Part shown: piece by piece, positions 34,073-43,253 of the stretch
How the letters are laid out: every line of letters begins with the position of its first letter
Numbering within the stretch: the first letter of the stretch is position 1
IMG/VR virus record: IMGVR_UViG_3300044723_005978
Span: 1-45,251 of that record
DNA length: 45,251 bases
Source: a virus
Taxonomy: Duplodnaviria; Caudoviricetes
Strand: one strand, 5' to 3'
Translations under genes and position numbers: made by a program
The notes under the pieces: model-generated
Seen by the model: only the letters and a program-made list of their open reading frames with translations
What the model was told of the DNA's origin: nothing
Database searches by the model: none

Positions 34073-34793
34073 TTTCCACCTCGTGCTGGTAAGCGTATTG
34101 TCCTGTGAATAAATATGCCCCCATATGCCCTAGTTGACACCACGGGGCGAGCCAAACTTCTCCATCCAACTCTCTATACGAATGACAGAAACTATAGTCT
34201 TCAGACAATAGTTGATTATCTACATTTATTACTTTAAAAAAATCATATGTTTTATCTGGTTTTGCAACAGTCCCTGACCACTGCCGTTCTACATACCAAC
34301 CAACATGAGGTTTTAACTTTTCAAAAACGGCTCTTTTTATGAGCATAAAACCAGTGCCGATATGTTTAACTTGAAACGGCTCATTTGGGTCTTGCATAAA
34401 ATGACCTTCTAGCTCATTAACATTAAATATGCCTGTTAGTTTACTAAGGTCCGGATGATTACGAATTGCTCCTTTTTTTATGTCAGACCAATTAATTCCT
34501 TTCATTGGTACAGCCCCGCCTATGAGGTCTTTACCAGTTTTAATCATTTTAGCAATATCGTTCGGATTAAATTTTTGGTCTGCATCTATAAACATAAGAT
34601 AGTCTGCATCTGTGTCCAAAAAAATTTTCGCAATTTTGTTTCTGGCTCTTTGCACTAGGCTCTCGTTTCCAACAAAGACATTCGTTAATTTTATCCTATT
34701 AACCAAACACGCTTCTTGAAAATTAAGTATAGATTCCGTGTATTCTGAGCAACACACCCCTCCATACATAGGAGTACCGACGACTATATGCAT
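34020..34793 (-). CDS. GT-A fold glycosyltransferase
   Basis: TPMYGG, ESLVQRARN, FIDAD (DxD), GTGFMLIKR, SEDYSFC, LGH.G. Confidence 0.85.
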   Translation of the reverse strand: MHIVVGTPMYGGVCCSEYTESILNFQEACLVNRIKLTNVFVGNESLVQRARNKIAKIFLDTDADYLMFIDADQKFNPNDIAKMIKTGKDLIGGAVPMKGINWSDIKKGAIRNHPDLSKLTGIFNVNELEGHFMQDPNEPFQVKHIGTGFMLIKRAVFEKLKPHVGWYVERQWSGTVAKPDKTYDFFKVINVDNQLLSEDYSFCHSYRELDGEVWLAPWCQLGHMGAYLFTGQYAYQHEVENAASSNKVHFERRWGAA

Positions 34794-35671
34794 TAGCCGA
34801 CCTCTTTGAGTATTTCGTCTGGAACGTAGTTAACTAAACTTTGTTTATCTAGCAAAGAAAACCCTCTTCTTTCTGCAAAAATTCTAGGATTGTCTGCCCA
34901 CTTTTCTGTCAAAGCCTCCATCCATTGGAGAGTCATTTCATGTGTAGGTGCTTTACCTTCCTTTAAAAGTTCCATTTCTGTATGAAGATAAGCGTCTAAC
35001 TCTAATTGCGCCTGCGCTCCATTTATACCAAGCTCAAAAAGATAAATATGATTACCCTCATCTATCCTACCCCCAGACGCTCTTGCAGATATAAGTGCCT
35101 GCTTTAAGGCCGTCATAATGTGATACTTTACTTCTTCTTTTTCGTATTCTTCTTCTGTAATCCCTTCTTTTTTTACGTGGGTCAAAAGATTGTTGTATTG
35201 GTTTATAAACGCGTTAATTTTTCTGACCGCTCCCCCCACTAATTCTTTAGAATGCTCCATAGCAACTTGCATTCTTTCTATTTTTAGTTCAAGCATCTGC
35301 CTTTCAAACAAGTCCTCTGTTTCTTGTAGCTTTCTTTCCCAACGCTCAAGTTTTATTTTAGCTTTTTTAAAATTAAAGTAGGCTTCTGTTAAAGCTGTTT
35401 TTGTATTTTCAATTTCAGCTAACGTAAACTTCATAGCTCTAATTGGAGTTAACGCAGTTACATCAACTGTGACTGCCATAAACTGAGAATGAGATTTGTG
35501 AAAATTACTAGAAGCGTCTCTGATCGCAGGGAGGTTCTCCGCAATGTTTGCAATCATTTGTTTGTACTCAGGCTTATCTTGCGGTAAGCACGGAGATATA
35601 CTTTCTCTAGTAACCAAACTATAAGAATCTTTTTTGCTGTCCACTAAGTTAGAAACCGTTTTATTCTTCAT
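34793..35671 (-). CDS. Coiled-coil protein associated with the fibre gene
   Basis: 292 aa with long heptad helices; between the fibre and glycosyltransferase genes. Confidence 0.7.
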   Translation of the reverse strand: MKNKTVSNLVDSKKDSYSLVTRESISPCLPQDKPEYKQMIANIAENLPAIRDASSNFHKSHSQFMAVTVDVTALTPIRAMKFTLAEIENTKTALTEAYFNFKKAKIKLERWERKLQETEDLFERQMLELKIERMQVAMEHSKELVGGAVRKINAFINQYNNLLTHVKKEGITEEEYEKEEVKYHIMTALKQALISARASGGRIDEGNHIYLFELGINGAQAQLELDAYLHTEMELLKEGKAPTHEMTLQWMEALTEKWADNPRIFAERRGFSLLDKQSLVNYVPDEILKEVG

Positions 35672-35674
35672 AAT

Positions 35675-37201
35675 TTATTGGACTCCACCGCCATCATTTG
35701 AACACCCGCCTAGATAAAATCTATCACCAACCAAATCACCAAAGTCGCTTGAGTTTCCTGTTGTGGATATAGTGATATACTGGATTACATTTTGGTCAGA
35801 ATAACCACCTGAATATATACGACCGCCCGCAAATGTCACCCTAGTTGTGGAGCTACAAGCGGCCATACCAGAAGTGTTTACGAGCAAGTCGCCAAAATCT
35901 CCAGTGTACCCAGAAGTAGAAAAAGTGTTGTAATTTATAGTATTTGTGAAATTTAGAGCAGAAGTGCTACTCGGCTGATAAACCCCTCTAGTAGAACTAG
36001 ACCCTCCACAGTTATATCCCGCAAAAGCCGCTGCGCAACTACCATAAGACGAGGAATTTCCTGTGGTGGCGGTAGTTATTCTTTGGAAGTCAGAAAAACC
36101 TTGACCATCATAACCAGACTCTCCTCCCATATAAAGAATATGAGTTGGACTAGATATACATTCTCCGTATCTTCTACCGTAACCATAACCGTGGTCGGCC
36201 AAATCACCAAAATCAGTGGCATTACCTGTTGAGGCAATAGTTACATAATCAATACGGCTTGTTGAGTAATAGTCAATGCCCCCAAAAAAACAAGCCCTAG
36301 TGGAGTTATTCCCTCCGCCTAATTGGAATCTTCCTATGGTTAAGTCGCCAAAATCCGACCAGTTTCCTGAAGAAGCTATGGTTCCGTAGTCTATGAAATT
36401 AGCGTAAGTAGCTCCCGACGCACTTCCCCCCGCAGCCAACCCCCGCGTAGTTGATGCGGCAGAAGTTAGGTCACTTATGGAGTTTACAATATCTCCGTAA
36501 TCAGTAGCATTACCTGTACTGCTTATTGTTATTTTGTTTATAGTGGCATATTTTGAGCCTCCGGAATCTGATCCCCCCATAAATAACCCGATAGGTAGCG
36601 AAGTGGGTGTCACAGAGTTAGATGCAGAGCTGTATGCGCCAGACGCGACAGAGTTTTCTGCTCTAACTGTGAAGGTATAGGCAGTTCCACCGGTAAGTCC
36701 TGTCACTGTAAAAGGTGAGCCACTAGCGTTACGAACACCACCTGTGGCTGGACTTGGTAAAACTTGATATCGGTCTAGTGCAATACCACCTGTTTCTGTA
36801 GGAAAAGAAAGCTCTGTCCAAGTAACAGTTGCTTGTTCTTCACCCCCTACTGCTGTAGGGGTAGAAACTTGATCCGGAGCAACAGCAACTACAGTAGAAG
36901 AGGTGTTACTGTTAGCGAGTGTACTGCCGAAAGGATTTGTAGCGGTGACCACGCACCGCAAAGTTTGCCCTACATCATCGGAAACAACAGTGTAACTACT
37001 AGAAGTAGCCCCACTAATGTCAGAGGCACCTCTCTTCCATTGATAGGTAAAAGTAGGGGTAGTAATGCTTGTCCAAGTACCGTCGCTGACACTTATCGTT
37101 TGATCGTATTCGGGGGTCGAATCACTTAATGCTGGGGCAACAGTATTTACAGGAGCTTCCCCTCCCTTACCGCCTACCAGCATGAGCATTATGCCAGCCA
37201 T
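35675..37201 (-). CDS. Receptor-binding/fibre protein: Ig-like, FN3 and six-repeat propeller-like domain
   Basis: TYQW...DVGQTLRCVVTA (Ig-like); VTGLTGGTAYTFTVRA (FN3); six TI.STGN..DFGDL-type repeats. Confidence 0.75.
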   Translation of the reverse strand: MAGIMLMLVGGKGGEAPVNTVAPALSDSTPEYDQTISVSDGTWTSITTPTFTYQWKRGASDISGATSSSYTVVSDDVGQTLRCVVTATNPFGSTLANSNTSSTVVAVAPDQVSTPTAVGGEEQATVTWTELSFPTETGGIALDRYQVLPSPATGGVRNASGSPFTVTGLTGGTAYTFTVRAENSVASGAYSSASNSVTPTSLPIGLFMGGSDSGGSKYATINKITISSTGNATDYGDIVNSISDLTSAASTTRGLAAGGSASGATYANFIDYGTIASSGNWSDFGDLTIGRFQLGGGNNSTRACFFGGIDYYSTSRIDYVTIASTGNATDFGDLADHGYGYGRRYGECISSPTHILYMGGESGYDGQGFSDFQRITTATTGNSSSYGSCAAAFAGYNCGGSSSTRGVYQPSSTSALNFTNTINYNTFSTSGYTGDFGDLLVNTSGMAACSSTTRVTFAGGRIYSGGYSDQNVIQYITISTTGNSSDFGDLVGDRFYLGGCSNDGGGVQ

Positions 37202-37213
37202 AACTTTTTCCTA

Positions 37214-38293
37214 TTAAGAAACTGATCCAGATACGACGCAGACAGTACCGCTAATAAACAATATGGTAGCGACGCCTCTGGTCAATAAAGTCATACTCGA
37301 CTTATCACTGTCAACACCCGCAATATAAGCTGTAGTGATGGAACAAGTAATAGTTACGTTTCCGGTGGTGTTGTTAAAAATGCTGATTGCATCACCTTCG
37401 GAAAAAGTCGCATCTGGTATAGTAATACTACCGCCAGAACCTACCTGAACGTATTTACCTACATCGCCTGTAGCTAAGGTATAAGAGCCTGTCTTGGTTC
37501 CAACAGGTGACACATTGCTCGTACCGACCTCATTGGTTCCATCAGCAGTACAGTTACTCAAATCACCTGCACTCGGAGTACCAATATCGGGAGTAGTTAG
37601 ACTTGGGCTAGTGCCAAATACTAATGCACCAGAACCTGTCTCATCTGTGACCGCAGAAGCTAAATTGGCTGAAGACGGTGTGCCTAAGAAAGTAGCAACA
37701 CCCGAACCAAGAGAGGTTATGCCAGTACCACCGTTAGCGACAGGCAAAGTGCCTGTTACGTTAGTTGTTAGATCGACATAAGTAGTTGAGGTAGAACCTG
37801 TACCGCCGTTGGCGATAGGAAGTGTGCCTGTAACATCGGAAGTTAAATCTACAGTGTTCAACGGCACGTTAGCATTAGCATCAACAACTGCTGCCCCTGT
37901 ACCCGCACCATCTAAGTAAACAACCTTGGTTTCTCCAGACCCAATGGTTACGTTAGCACCAGAGCCTTGTGAAATGTTAATGGACTGACTGCCAGTAGTA
38001 GCGTTCTCTATGTACATGACACGAGAAACCGTGTTCGGCCCAATGGTCAGCGTTCTAGTAGCCGTGAGGGTCGCGCTAGATGTGACCTTGAAATAAAGCG
38101 CACGGGCCGGATCAGCCGCACCGTCTGCTACCGTGGTGGTAGCATCAGCGTCAGTAGCAAACCCGTCCTGAGTGTTGTAACCAAGAGCTTCACCAATTAG
38201 CTCAAGGTTGGTGTTTGTACTCGTGCCCCAAGTGCCGCTCTCGTCACCTGTGGCGATTTCTTTTAACCTTAAATTATTTACATAAGTAGCCAT
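37214..38293 (-). CDS. Tail fibre protein
   Basis: GDESGTWG..TNTNL anchor; two VTGTLP[IV]ANGGTG repeats; TDETGSGALVF motif. Confidence 0.8.
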   Translation of the reverse strand: MATYVNNLRLKEIATGDESGTWGTSTNTNLELIGEALGYNTQDGFATDADATTTVADGAADPARALYFKVTSSATLTATRTLTIGPNTVSRVMYIENATTGSQSINISQGSGANVTIGSGETKVVYLDGAGTGAAVVDANANVPLNTVDLTSDVTGTLPIANGGTGSTSTTYVDLTTNVTGTLPVANGGTGITSLGSGVATFLGTPSSANLASAVTDETGSGALVFGTSPSLTTPDIGTPSAGDLSNCTADGTNEVGTSNVSPVGTKTGSYTLATGDVGKYVQVGSGGSITIPDATFSEGDAISIFNNTTGNVTITCSITTAYIAGVDSDKSSMTLLTRGVATILFISGTVCVVSGSVS

Positions 38294-38308
38294 CTATATC
38301 TCCAGTGA

Positions 38309-38521
38309 CTATAACGAAGCATCGCCTGTTGCGGCGGGAACGCTGGTTGCATATATCTTGGTGCTTTGTTTCAGAGACAAAGACTGACCGCAATCAGAGC
38401 AAGTATCGGCTTCTAGCTCAGACTCATCAAGGTCAAACCCGCAATTTGCACAAACTATCTCTATTTCGTGCTTGGGGTCGATCACGCCATCTATGCTTTT
38501 GGCTTCATTTACTTTTATCAT
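38309..38521 (-). CDS. Small zinc-finger protein
   Basis: ATGA overlap; CANC...CSDC. Confidence 0.7.
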   Translation of the reverse strand: MIKVNEAKSIDGVIDPKHEIEIVCANCGFDLDESELEADTCSDCGQSLSLKQSTKIYATSVPAATGDASL

Positions 38522-39489
38522 GCGGCTATCTCCGTCCAAGTTGTACCTGTGGTAGGCGTTATCTCTGACCAGCTGGTGCCGGGGTTGGGGATTATTTCTC
38601 CCCATATCAATACGTTTCCTACTTCTCCAACAGCCTGTACCCCAGTCGGGTATACTTTTGCCTTGCCTCTGGCAGTTGCAGATCCAAGAGCCGTTGTACC
38701 TTGAACCCCTGTAACAGAAACAATCGCTCCTGCTTGGGCAGTAGCAGAACCAAGGGCAGTCGTTCCTGATACCCCAGTAACATTTACAGTGGCATCAGCT
38801 TCTACTGAAGCTGTTCCTAATCCAGTGGTTCCTACTACACCAGTTGGGTAGACATAGGCTTCTGCAATGATCACATCACCGACAGCACCAGTAGCTGAGA
38901 CCCCTGTCGGAAAGACACCTACGCCTTCCGCTACACTAGCTGTTCCTAGTGCAGTAGTGGCCGATACACCTGTGGCTGCGACAATAGCGTCGCCAGTTAT
39001 TGTCGGACTTCCAAGTTGTCCTGTAGCGGCGTTACCAAGTACCTCAACCGCTCCATCACCATTGGCAACCACGCTACCAAGAGTAGTGGTAGATTCCAGC
39101 CCAGTGGGAAATACGCTTACTCCCTCTTGGACTGTTACTGAGCCTATCTGTCCAGAGGCTTGGAGTCCTAAAGAAGTACCCCAAGAACCATCCCCCCAAG
39201 CTCCTCGACCCCACCCATCGAAACGAACAGTCTCGTTCCATACAGTGTAATTAGCTATGCCGGTAGCAGATACACCAGTAACGCTTACAATAGAGTCAGC
39301 TTGAGCAGCAGCAGTGCCAAGAGCGGTTGTTGCAGAGATACCTGTAACAGATACTAAAGCATCCGCAGATACCGTAACACTCCCTACCTGCCCAGTGCCC
39401 AAGGGCATAGCTGGGCTATTGTTGCCCCACTCTCCGGCACCCCAAGTGCCGTAGTTCCACCCGCCTAATGGGACAATAACGTCAGCCAT
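38518..39489 (-). CDS. Repetitive virion protein (approx. 20-aa V.VTGV.ATT.LG repeats, WG motifs)
   Basis: Visible tandem repeats; two GW-rich segments. Confidence 0.75.
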   Translation of the reverse strand: MADVIVPLGGWNYGTWGAGEWGNNSPAMPLGTGQVGSVTVSADALVSVTGISATTALGTAAAQADSIVSVTGVSATGIANYTVWNETVRFDGWGRGAWGDGSWGTSLGLQASGQIGSVTVQEGVSVFPTGLESTTTLGSVVANGDGAVEVLGNAATGQLGSPTITGDAIVAATGVSATTALGTASVAEGVGVFPTGVSATGAVGDVIIAEAYVYPTGVVGTTGLGTASVEADATVNVTGVSGTTALGSATAQAGAIVSVTGVQGTTALGSATARGKAKVYPTGVQAVGEVGNVLIWGEIIPNPGTSWSEITPTTGTTWTEIAA

Positions 39490-39499
39490 TTAGCACCTT

Positions 39500-39946
39500 C
39501 TACGCAATACGAATTATCGCGTTACTAGCGTCCGCAGTTGGGAACACAATAGTAAAATCACCTGCGGTAGACGTTTTATCTGCACCAAAATCAAGCACAG
39601 CCACGGCCTTATTAGACTGAGTGCTGTTGTAAATCAAAGCCCCTCTGGCAGTAATAGTCGCAGTTGACCAAGTAGTGTCGTTGAAATCGGTAAAAGCTGT
39701 AGTGCCAGAGCTAGTGGGCGCTACAGCTGTCAACGCATTTCCGCCAGCAGAATAGCCTGTGCCGGACACTTCGTTAGTCACGCTGTACGCTGTAGTCGTA
39801 GCATCCAGAGTTGCAGAGCTGGTGTACAAGGCAATGTACATGCTGTCCGCAGTGGTGCCACCACGAGCAACAGTTGTTCCAAATGCGTGTATACCGTTAA
39901 GAAGCTCCACTTTGAAGCTCGTACACATTGCTTGAGTAATAGCCAT
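39500..39946 (-). CDS. Virion structural protein
   Basis: MAITQAMCTSFKVELL...TARGALIYN...AIIRIA family recognised from other phages. Confidence 0.8.
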   Translation of the reverse strand: MAITQAMCTSFKVELLNGIHAFGTTVARGGTTADSMYIALYTSSATLDATTTAYSVTNEVSGTGYSAGGNALTAVAPTSSGTTAFTDFNDTTWSTATITARGALIYNSTQSNKAVAVLDFGADKTSTAGDFTIVFPTADASNAIIRIA

Positions 39947-39958
39947 AAGGGGCCTCTC

Positions 39959-40255
39959 CTATAGTTTACGGATTATGTTGGCCAACTCATTTTGGCCTTG
40001 CTTTTCGAGTTCTGCACAAACAGTGGTCCTATCTGATTTGATGGCCTCTTTCATGTAAAACACCAAAACTTCTCTGATTTGCTCTTTAAATACCAGAGCC
40101 TGTGCTTTGACCTGCTCATCAGCAGTGTCACTCACAGAAATTAACTTTGCCAGAGCGCGATCTGCTAACTCTTCTGGCGTCCACCCCCGATTACTGGTGG
40201 TTTTAACTTCTATTTTAAAACCGTTGTCAAACGTCGTTTGAACGCCTTGGATCAT
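39959..40255 (-). CDS. Hypothetical protein of the virion module
   Basis: TTSNRGWTPEELA...AIKSDRTT motif. Confidence 0.7.
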   Translation of the reverse strand: MIQGVQTTFDNGFKIEVKTTSNRGWTPEELADRALAKLISVSDTADEQVKAQALVFKEQIREVLVFYMKEAIKSDRTTVCAELEKQGQNELANIIRKL

Positions 40256-40911
40256 GGGCCGGGACTCTCTGATTTAATCGGTAATCTAATCATACCGTCA
40301 CGATATTCATCACGGCGGCGACGACCTTGTTGCTCAATGCCAAGGCCTTGAACAGCCTGCTTGTAGCTGTTTTCAAAATACTGGACCATATCTAAAGGTC
40401 CTTTGGTATAACTATACGCCTGAATAAGAGTGGCATAAAGCAATGCTTCAGGAGCCTTATTACTTATCCAAGTTGTTGTATTCGTTGAGGAAAGCTGTGC
40501 CGGTCTGTAGATGTAACCCAGCTGCACTGAGTAAGTCGTGGTTGGTGTCGGCGCTATACAAAAGTTGCTTTCATCCCAAACCGAGTAATACTTTGGTACT
40601 CCGGCTTCGGTAAAATCAGGCCAATATTCCTTAATAAAAGAATTGTCCCTAAAATCCAAAAATATCTGATCTCCTGCTGCATCAGTAAATATCAGGTATC
40701 GATGCGTCAATATGTCCGATGGCATTGTCAAAAAACGATCACCACTGGTCATAGAAGCAGTTGATTCTTTTTTAAATACATCGAGGTCAATGTCCCTAAG
40801 AATCCTGTTCTCGGCCATTGTGATGAATGTATTAATCACACTGTTAGAGAAGACATTACTGTCCACCTCAGTGTAATTTCTTATATTTGTCACCAGCTCA
40901 TCGTATGTCAT
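40252..40911 (-). CDS. Putative head-tail adaptor
   Basis: MTYDEL..I..Y, FI..AENRI, APTP and LLYA.L motifs. Confidence 0.7.
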   Translation of the reverse strand: MTYDELVTNIRNYTEVDSNVFSNSVINTFITMAENRILRDIDLDVFKKESTASMTSGDRFLTMPSDILTHRYLIFTDAAGDQIFLDFRDNSFIKEYWPDFTEAGVPKYYSVWDESNFCIAPTPTTTYSVQLGYIYRPAQLSSTNTTTWISNKAPEALLYATLIQAYSYTKGPLDMVQYFENSYKQAVQGLGIEQQGRRRRDEYRDGMIRLPIKSESPGP

Positions 40912-41246
40912 GTAATCACCACGGTAACACTGCCTAATTCACCTACTCCCTCAACTGCCATAGCTGCTGGGGCAGGCTGCATAGAGTCCGGTGCTGTCTC
41001 AAAGGGAGTATCTCCTCCCGTATTATTGACAACCACCGTCAAAGGTTCTGTCCTATCTGGCCGAGGGTTTAACAGAGCAATAGCATCTCCGCTAAACTTT
41101 AAGGGCTCCAGTTGGGGAGCCTTGGGTTCGTAGTCCTCGGGGCATACCATAAACCCCTTCCAATTCTTACGCAGAGTCTGATATGGATACCGTTGTCCGC
41201 AGTAATCACATAGTCCGTAAGAGAATTTGCCTGTAGCAAACGCCAT
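40908..41246 (-). CDS. Zn-binding protein of the virion module
   Basis: CDYCGQRY...VCPEDYEPK.PQ. Confidence 0.7.
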   Translation of the reverse strand: MAFATGKFSYGLCDYCGQRYPYQTLRKNWKGFMVCPEDYEPKAPQLEPLKFSGDAIALLNPRPDRTEPLTVVVNNTGGDTPFETAPDSMQPAPAAMAVEGVGELGSVTVVIT

Positions 41247-41247
41247 C

Positions 41248-41913
41248 TTAGTACCCTACTTGTGGAATAAAGAAACTACTTGCCGTATCCCGATCCTCCA
41301 TCGCAGCGCGCTGGAAATCTTCCTCATAAATTTGTTTTAATGGCCCTGCTCTCTCTGGTGCATATTTCAGAGAGATCATGTAGGCCAGTCCAGACGCTAG
41401 GCAGGGCAAGAACCTGAAGTTAACGTCTGAAGTGTTTGTATAGTCTCCCGCATCCTGAATACGACGAATGCGGTAATAAACAAAGGTGTAGCCTGTATCA
41501 GCAGTGGGATACAGATAAACCTTGGGAGCATTACTGCGCTCAACATAATACTGGGCAGGACGGGCTTGCGTGAGCTTATCAGGAAGGTCCAGATAAACCT
41601 CTCTGCCAATCCGATCAATACTGATATCTTGCTGCTGCCCGTTGATTGTCTGCCGTATAACCGCAGACAAGACGTTTACAGTGTCTGTGGGCAACGTAAT
41701 GGTGGTGTCACCTTGGCTCAAAGAAGCCGTGGTCTCTTCGATAGTCCAGAGGTTCAGCCCTCTGTTAGCCCAATCCAAGAACAGCAGATTTAAAGAACGA
41801 CGAGCAGAAGTTAGTTGATAACCTGCTGTCATCCGCATCCCACAACGCTCGAACGCCTCTTCTACGAGGTCGTCAATCGCCAGATTAAAGTCTGTTGTTC
41901 CTGACGTGGCCAT
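41248..41913 (-). CDS. Putative head-tail adaptor/neck protein
   Basis: EEAFERCG, ARRSLNL...WANRGLNLW, RFLPCL..GLAY. Confidence 0.7.
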   Translation of the reverse strand: MATSGTTDFNLAIDDLVEEAFERCGMRMTAGYQLTSARRSLNLLFLDWANRGLNLWTIEETTASLSQGDTTITLPTDTVNVLSAVIRQTINGQQQDISIDRIGREVYLDLPDKLTQARPAQYYVERSNAPKVYLYPTADTGYTFVYYRIRRIQDAGDYTNTSDVNFRFLPCLASGLAYMISLKYAPERAGPLKQIYEEDFQRAAMEDRDTASSFFIPQVGY

Positions 41914-42095
41914 TATTTACTCCACTGATCTCGGGCTACTTTCTTGGCTGCTTTTGACAGATCGCCATAGTGATAGAGCTTTTTCGATGTTTTGGACATC
42001 GTTTTGCCTGTCATAAGGGTGCCATTGGGATGTTTGTGCATCCCTCCACGGTGGACTTTTCCGTCCTTAAAATAGTGATTAACACCCTTGGCCAT
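41913..42095 (-). CDS. Small basic His/Lys-rich protein
   Basis: 60 aa; HKHPNGTLMTG; TAATG coupling. Confidence 0.7.
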   Translation of the reverse strand: MAKGVNHYFKDGKVHRGGMHKHPNGTLMTGKTMSKTSKKLYHYGDLSKAAKKVARDQWSK

Positions 42096-42466
42096 TACTT
42101 GTAGCCCATACCGCCTTTCTTATAGCCCTTTATCATGCCGCCGCCCATCTTCTTTTGGGGCTTCTTCATTTTCTTCTTAAGCATGCCTATCTCTGTGCCT
42201 GAAAGAGCTCCCATAGCCCTAGAACCCTTTTTAGCACCTTTCATAGCGCCTTTACCTAAGCGACCCTGAAGAACATCGGCCATAGAAACCTTTCCGTCTT
42301 TGTTAAGATCAGGAAAGCCTTTCTTTTTCTTCTTTTTGACATCACCGCCTTTAGCCATCATTACAGGACCAGTGGTTTTACTGGTTTCTTTGATAACCTT
42401 GTTGCGAGGACCTGAACCTACACATCCACCGCCTCGAGTTGCCGCACCCATTCCACGACCTGCCAT
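42095..42466 (-). CDS. Lys/Gly/Met-rich protein with an EF-hand-like loop and xxxGG motifs
   Basis: DLNKDGKVSMADV; MAKGG, KMGGG, YKKGG. Confidence 0.7.
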   Translation of the reverse strand: MAGRGMGAATRGGGCVGSGPRNKVIKETSKTTGPVMMAKGGDVKKKKKKGFPDLNKDGKVSMADVLQGRLGKGAMKGAKKGSRAMGALSGTEIGMLKKKMKKPQKKMGGGMIKGYKKGGMGYK

Positions 42467-42469
42467 ATC

Positions 42470-42730
42470 TCACCTCACCTTTCGATGTCTTTTGACCTTC
42501 TTTGCCACCTTTTTAGGTTGCGAAGAAAACTGTTTACCTTTGGCAGTGTCCGCCCGCTTTTTACGGGAGGTCGCTGCATACTCTTTACTGCTTAACGACT
42601 TAATCGCCTTTTCTGGCAAATATCGCTCACCTGTGGCTTTGGAGCCTTGCGTCGATGGCTTTCCTGATTTAGTCCGCCATTTTTGCTTGGTCCAAGACTT
42701 AAGTGACTTTTGGGACTTCTTAAGTGCCAT
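42470..42730 (-). CDS. Lys-rich protein (DUF5872-like, second part)
   Basis: QKSLKSWTKQKWRTKSG...GERYLPEKA; family name from recollection. Confidence 0.7.
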   Translation of the reverse strand: MALKKSQKSLKSWTKQKWRTKSGKPSTQGSKATGERYLPEKAIKSLSSKEYAATSRKKRADTAKGKQFSSQPKKVAKKVKRHRKVR

Positions 42731-42960
42731 CAGTCTCTATAGCCTCCACCCTTAGCCTTATACTCTTTAGCGAGCATCTGGGCTTTGCGCGCTGACCACT
42801 GGCCGGGCTTACCGCCTTTGCCACCTGCTTTTATGCGCTCAAACACCTGCTTTCGCATAGTAGGCTTGGTGTAATTACCTGCCTTGTTAACTGAAGACTT
42901 TTTAACTGCGCCTCCAGTGGCCTTTCTGACCACCTTCTTCTTTGCAGCCTTTTTCTTCAT
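42730..42960 (-). CDS. Lys-rich protein (DUF5872-like, first part)
   Basis: NYTKP.MR...GGKPGQWSARKAQ...YK.KGGGY; family name from recollection. Confidence 0.7.
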   Translation of the reverse strand: MKKKAAKKKVVRKATGGAVKKSSVNKAGNYTKPTMRKQVFERIKAGGKGGKPGQWSARKAQMLAKEYKAKGGGYRD

Positions 42961-43253
42961 CTGCATCTCCAGCGTTTCCTAGCCTGCCTTAACCGACTGT
43001 TCGGGTTTTTTGCGGCTTTTGGAAACTGCTTCATTTGTCCCTCAGATCGCGCACAAAACGACTTTCGGCGCTTTGCACGTGACTTAGAGGGCTTCTTCTC
43101 TGTGACGGCGGTTTTGAGCTTACTGCCGGGATTGGCTTTCCGATAGGCTTTCACACCTTTCTCGGTCATGCCTGCCCCCTTCTTTGTCGCGCGGAAATTG
43201 CCCGACTTTACGGAGGTTTTAATGCCCATGCCTTTTTTGCTCTTTGTCGCCAT
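42957..43253 (-). CDS. Lys/Arg-rich protein (DUF6321-like)
   Basis: GMT.KG..AYR..NPGSKL, RRKSFCAR, NSR....R.W.C; family name from recollection. Confidence 0.7.
   Translation of the reverse strand: MATKSKKGMGIKTSVKSGNFRATKKGAGMTEKGVKAYRKANPGSKLKTAVTEKKPSKSRAKRRKSFCARSEGQMKQFPKAAKNPNSRLRQARKRWRCR

Noticed and set aside
35675-36600. Fibre repeats as a diversity-generating retroelement target
   Set aside because: Repeats are diverged protein-level repeats; no reverse transcriptase or adenine-specific TR/VR pair was seen
39178-39465. GW/WG repeats as Argonaute hooks
   Set aside because: They occur in tail structural proteins with fixed spacing; a structural docking role is more parsimonious
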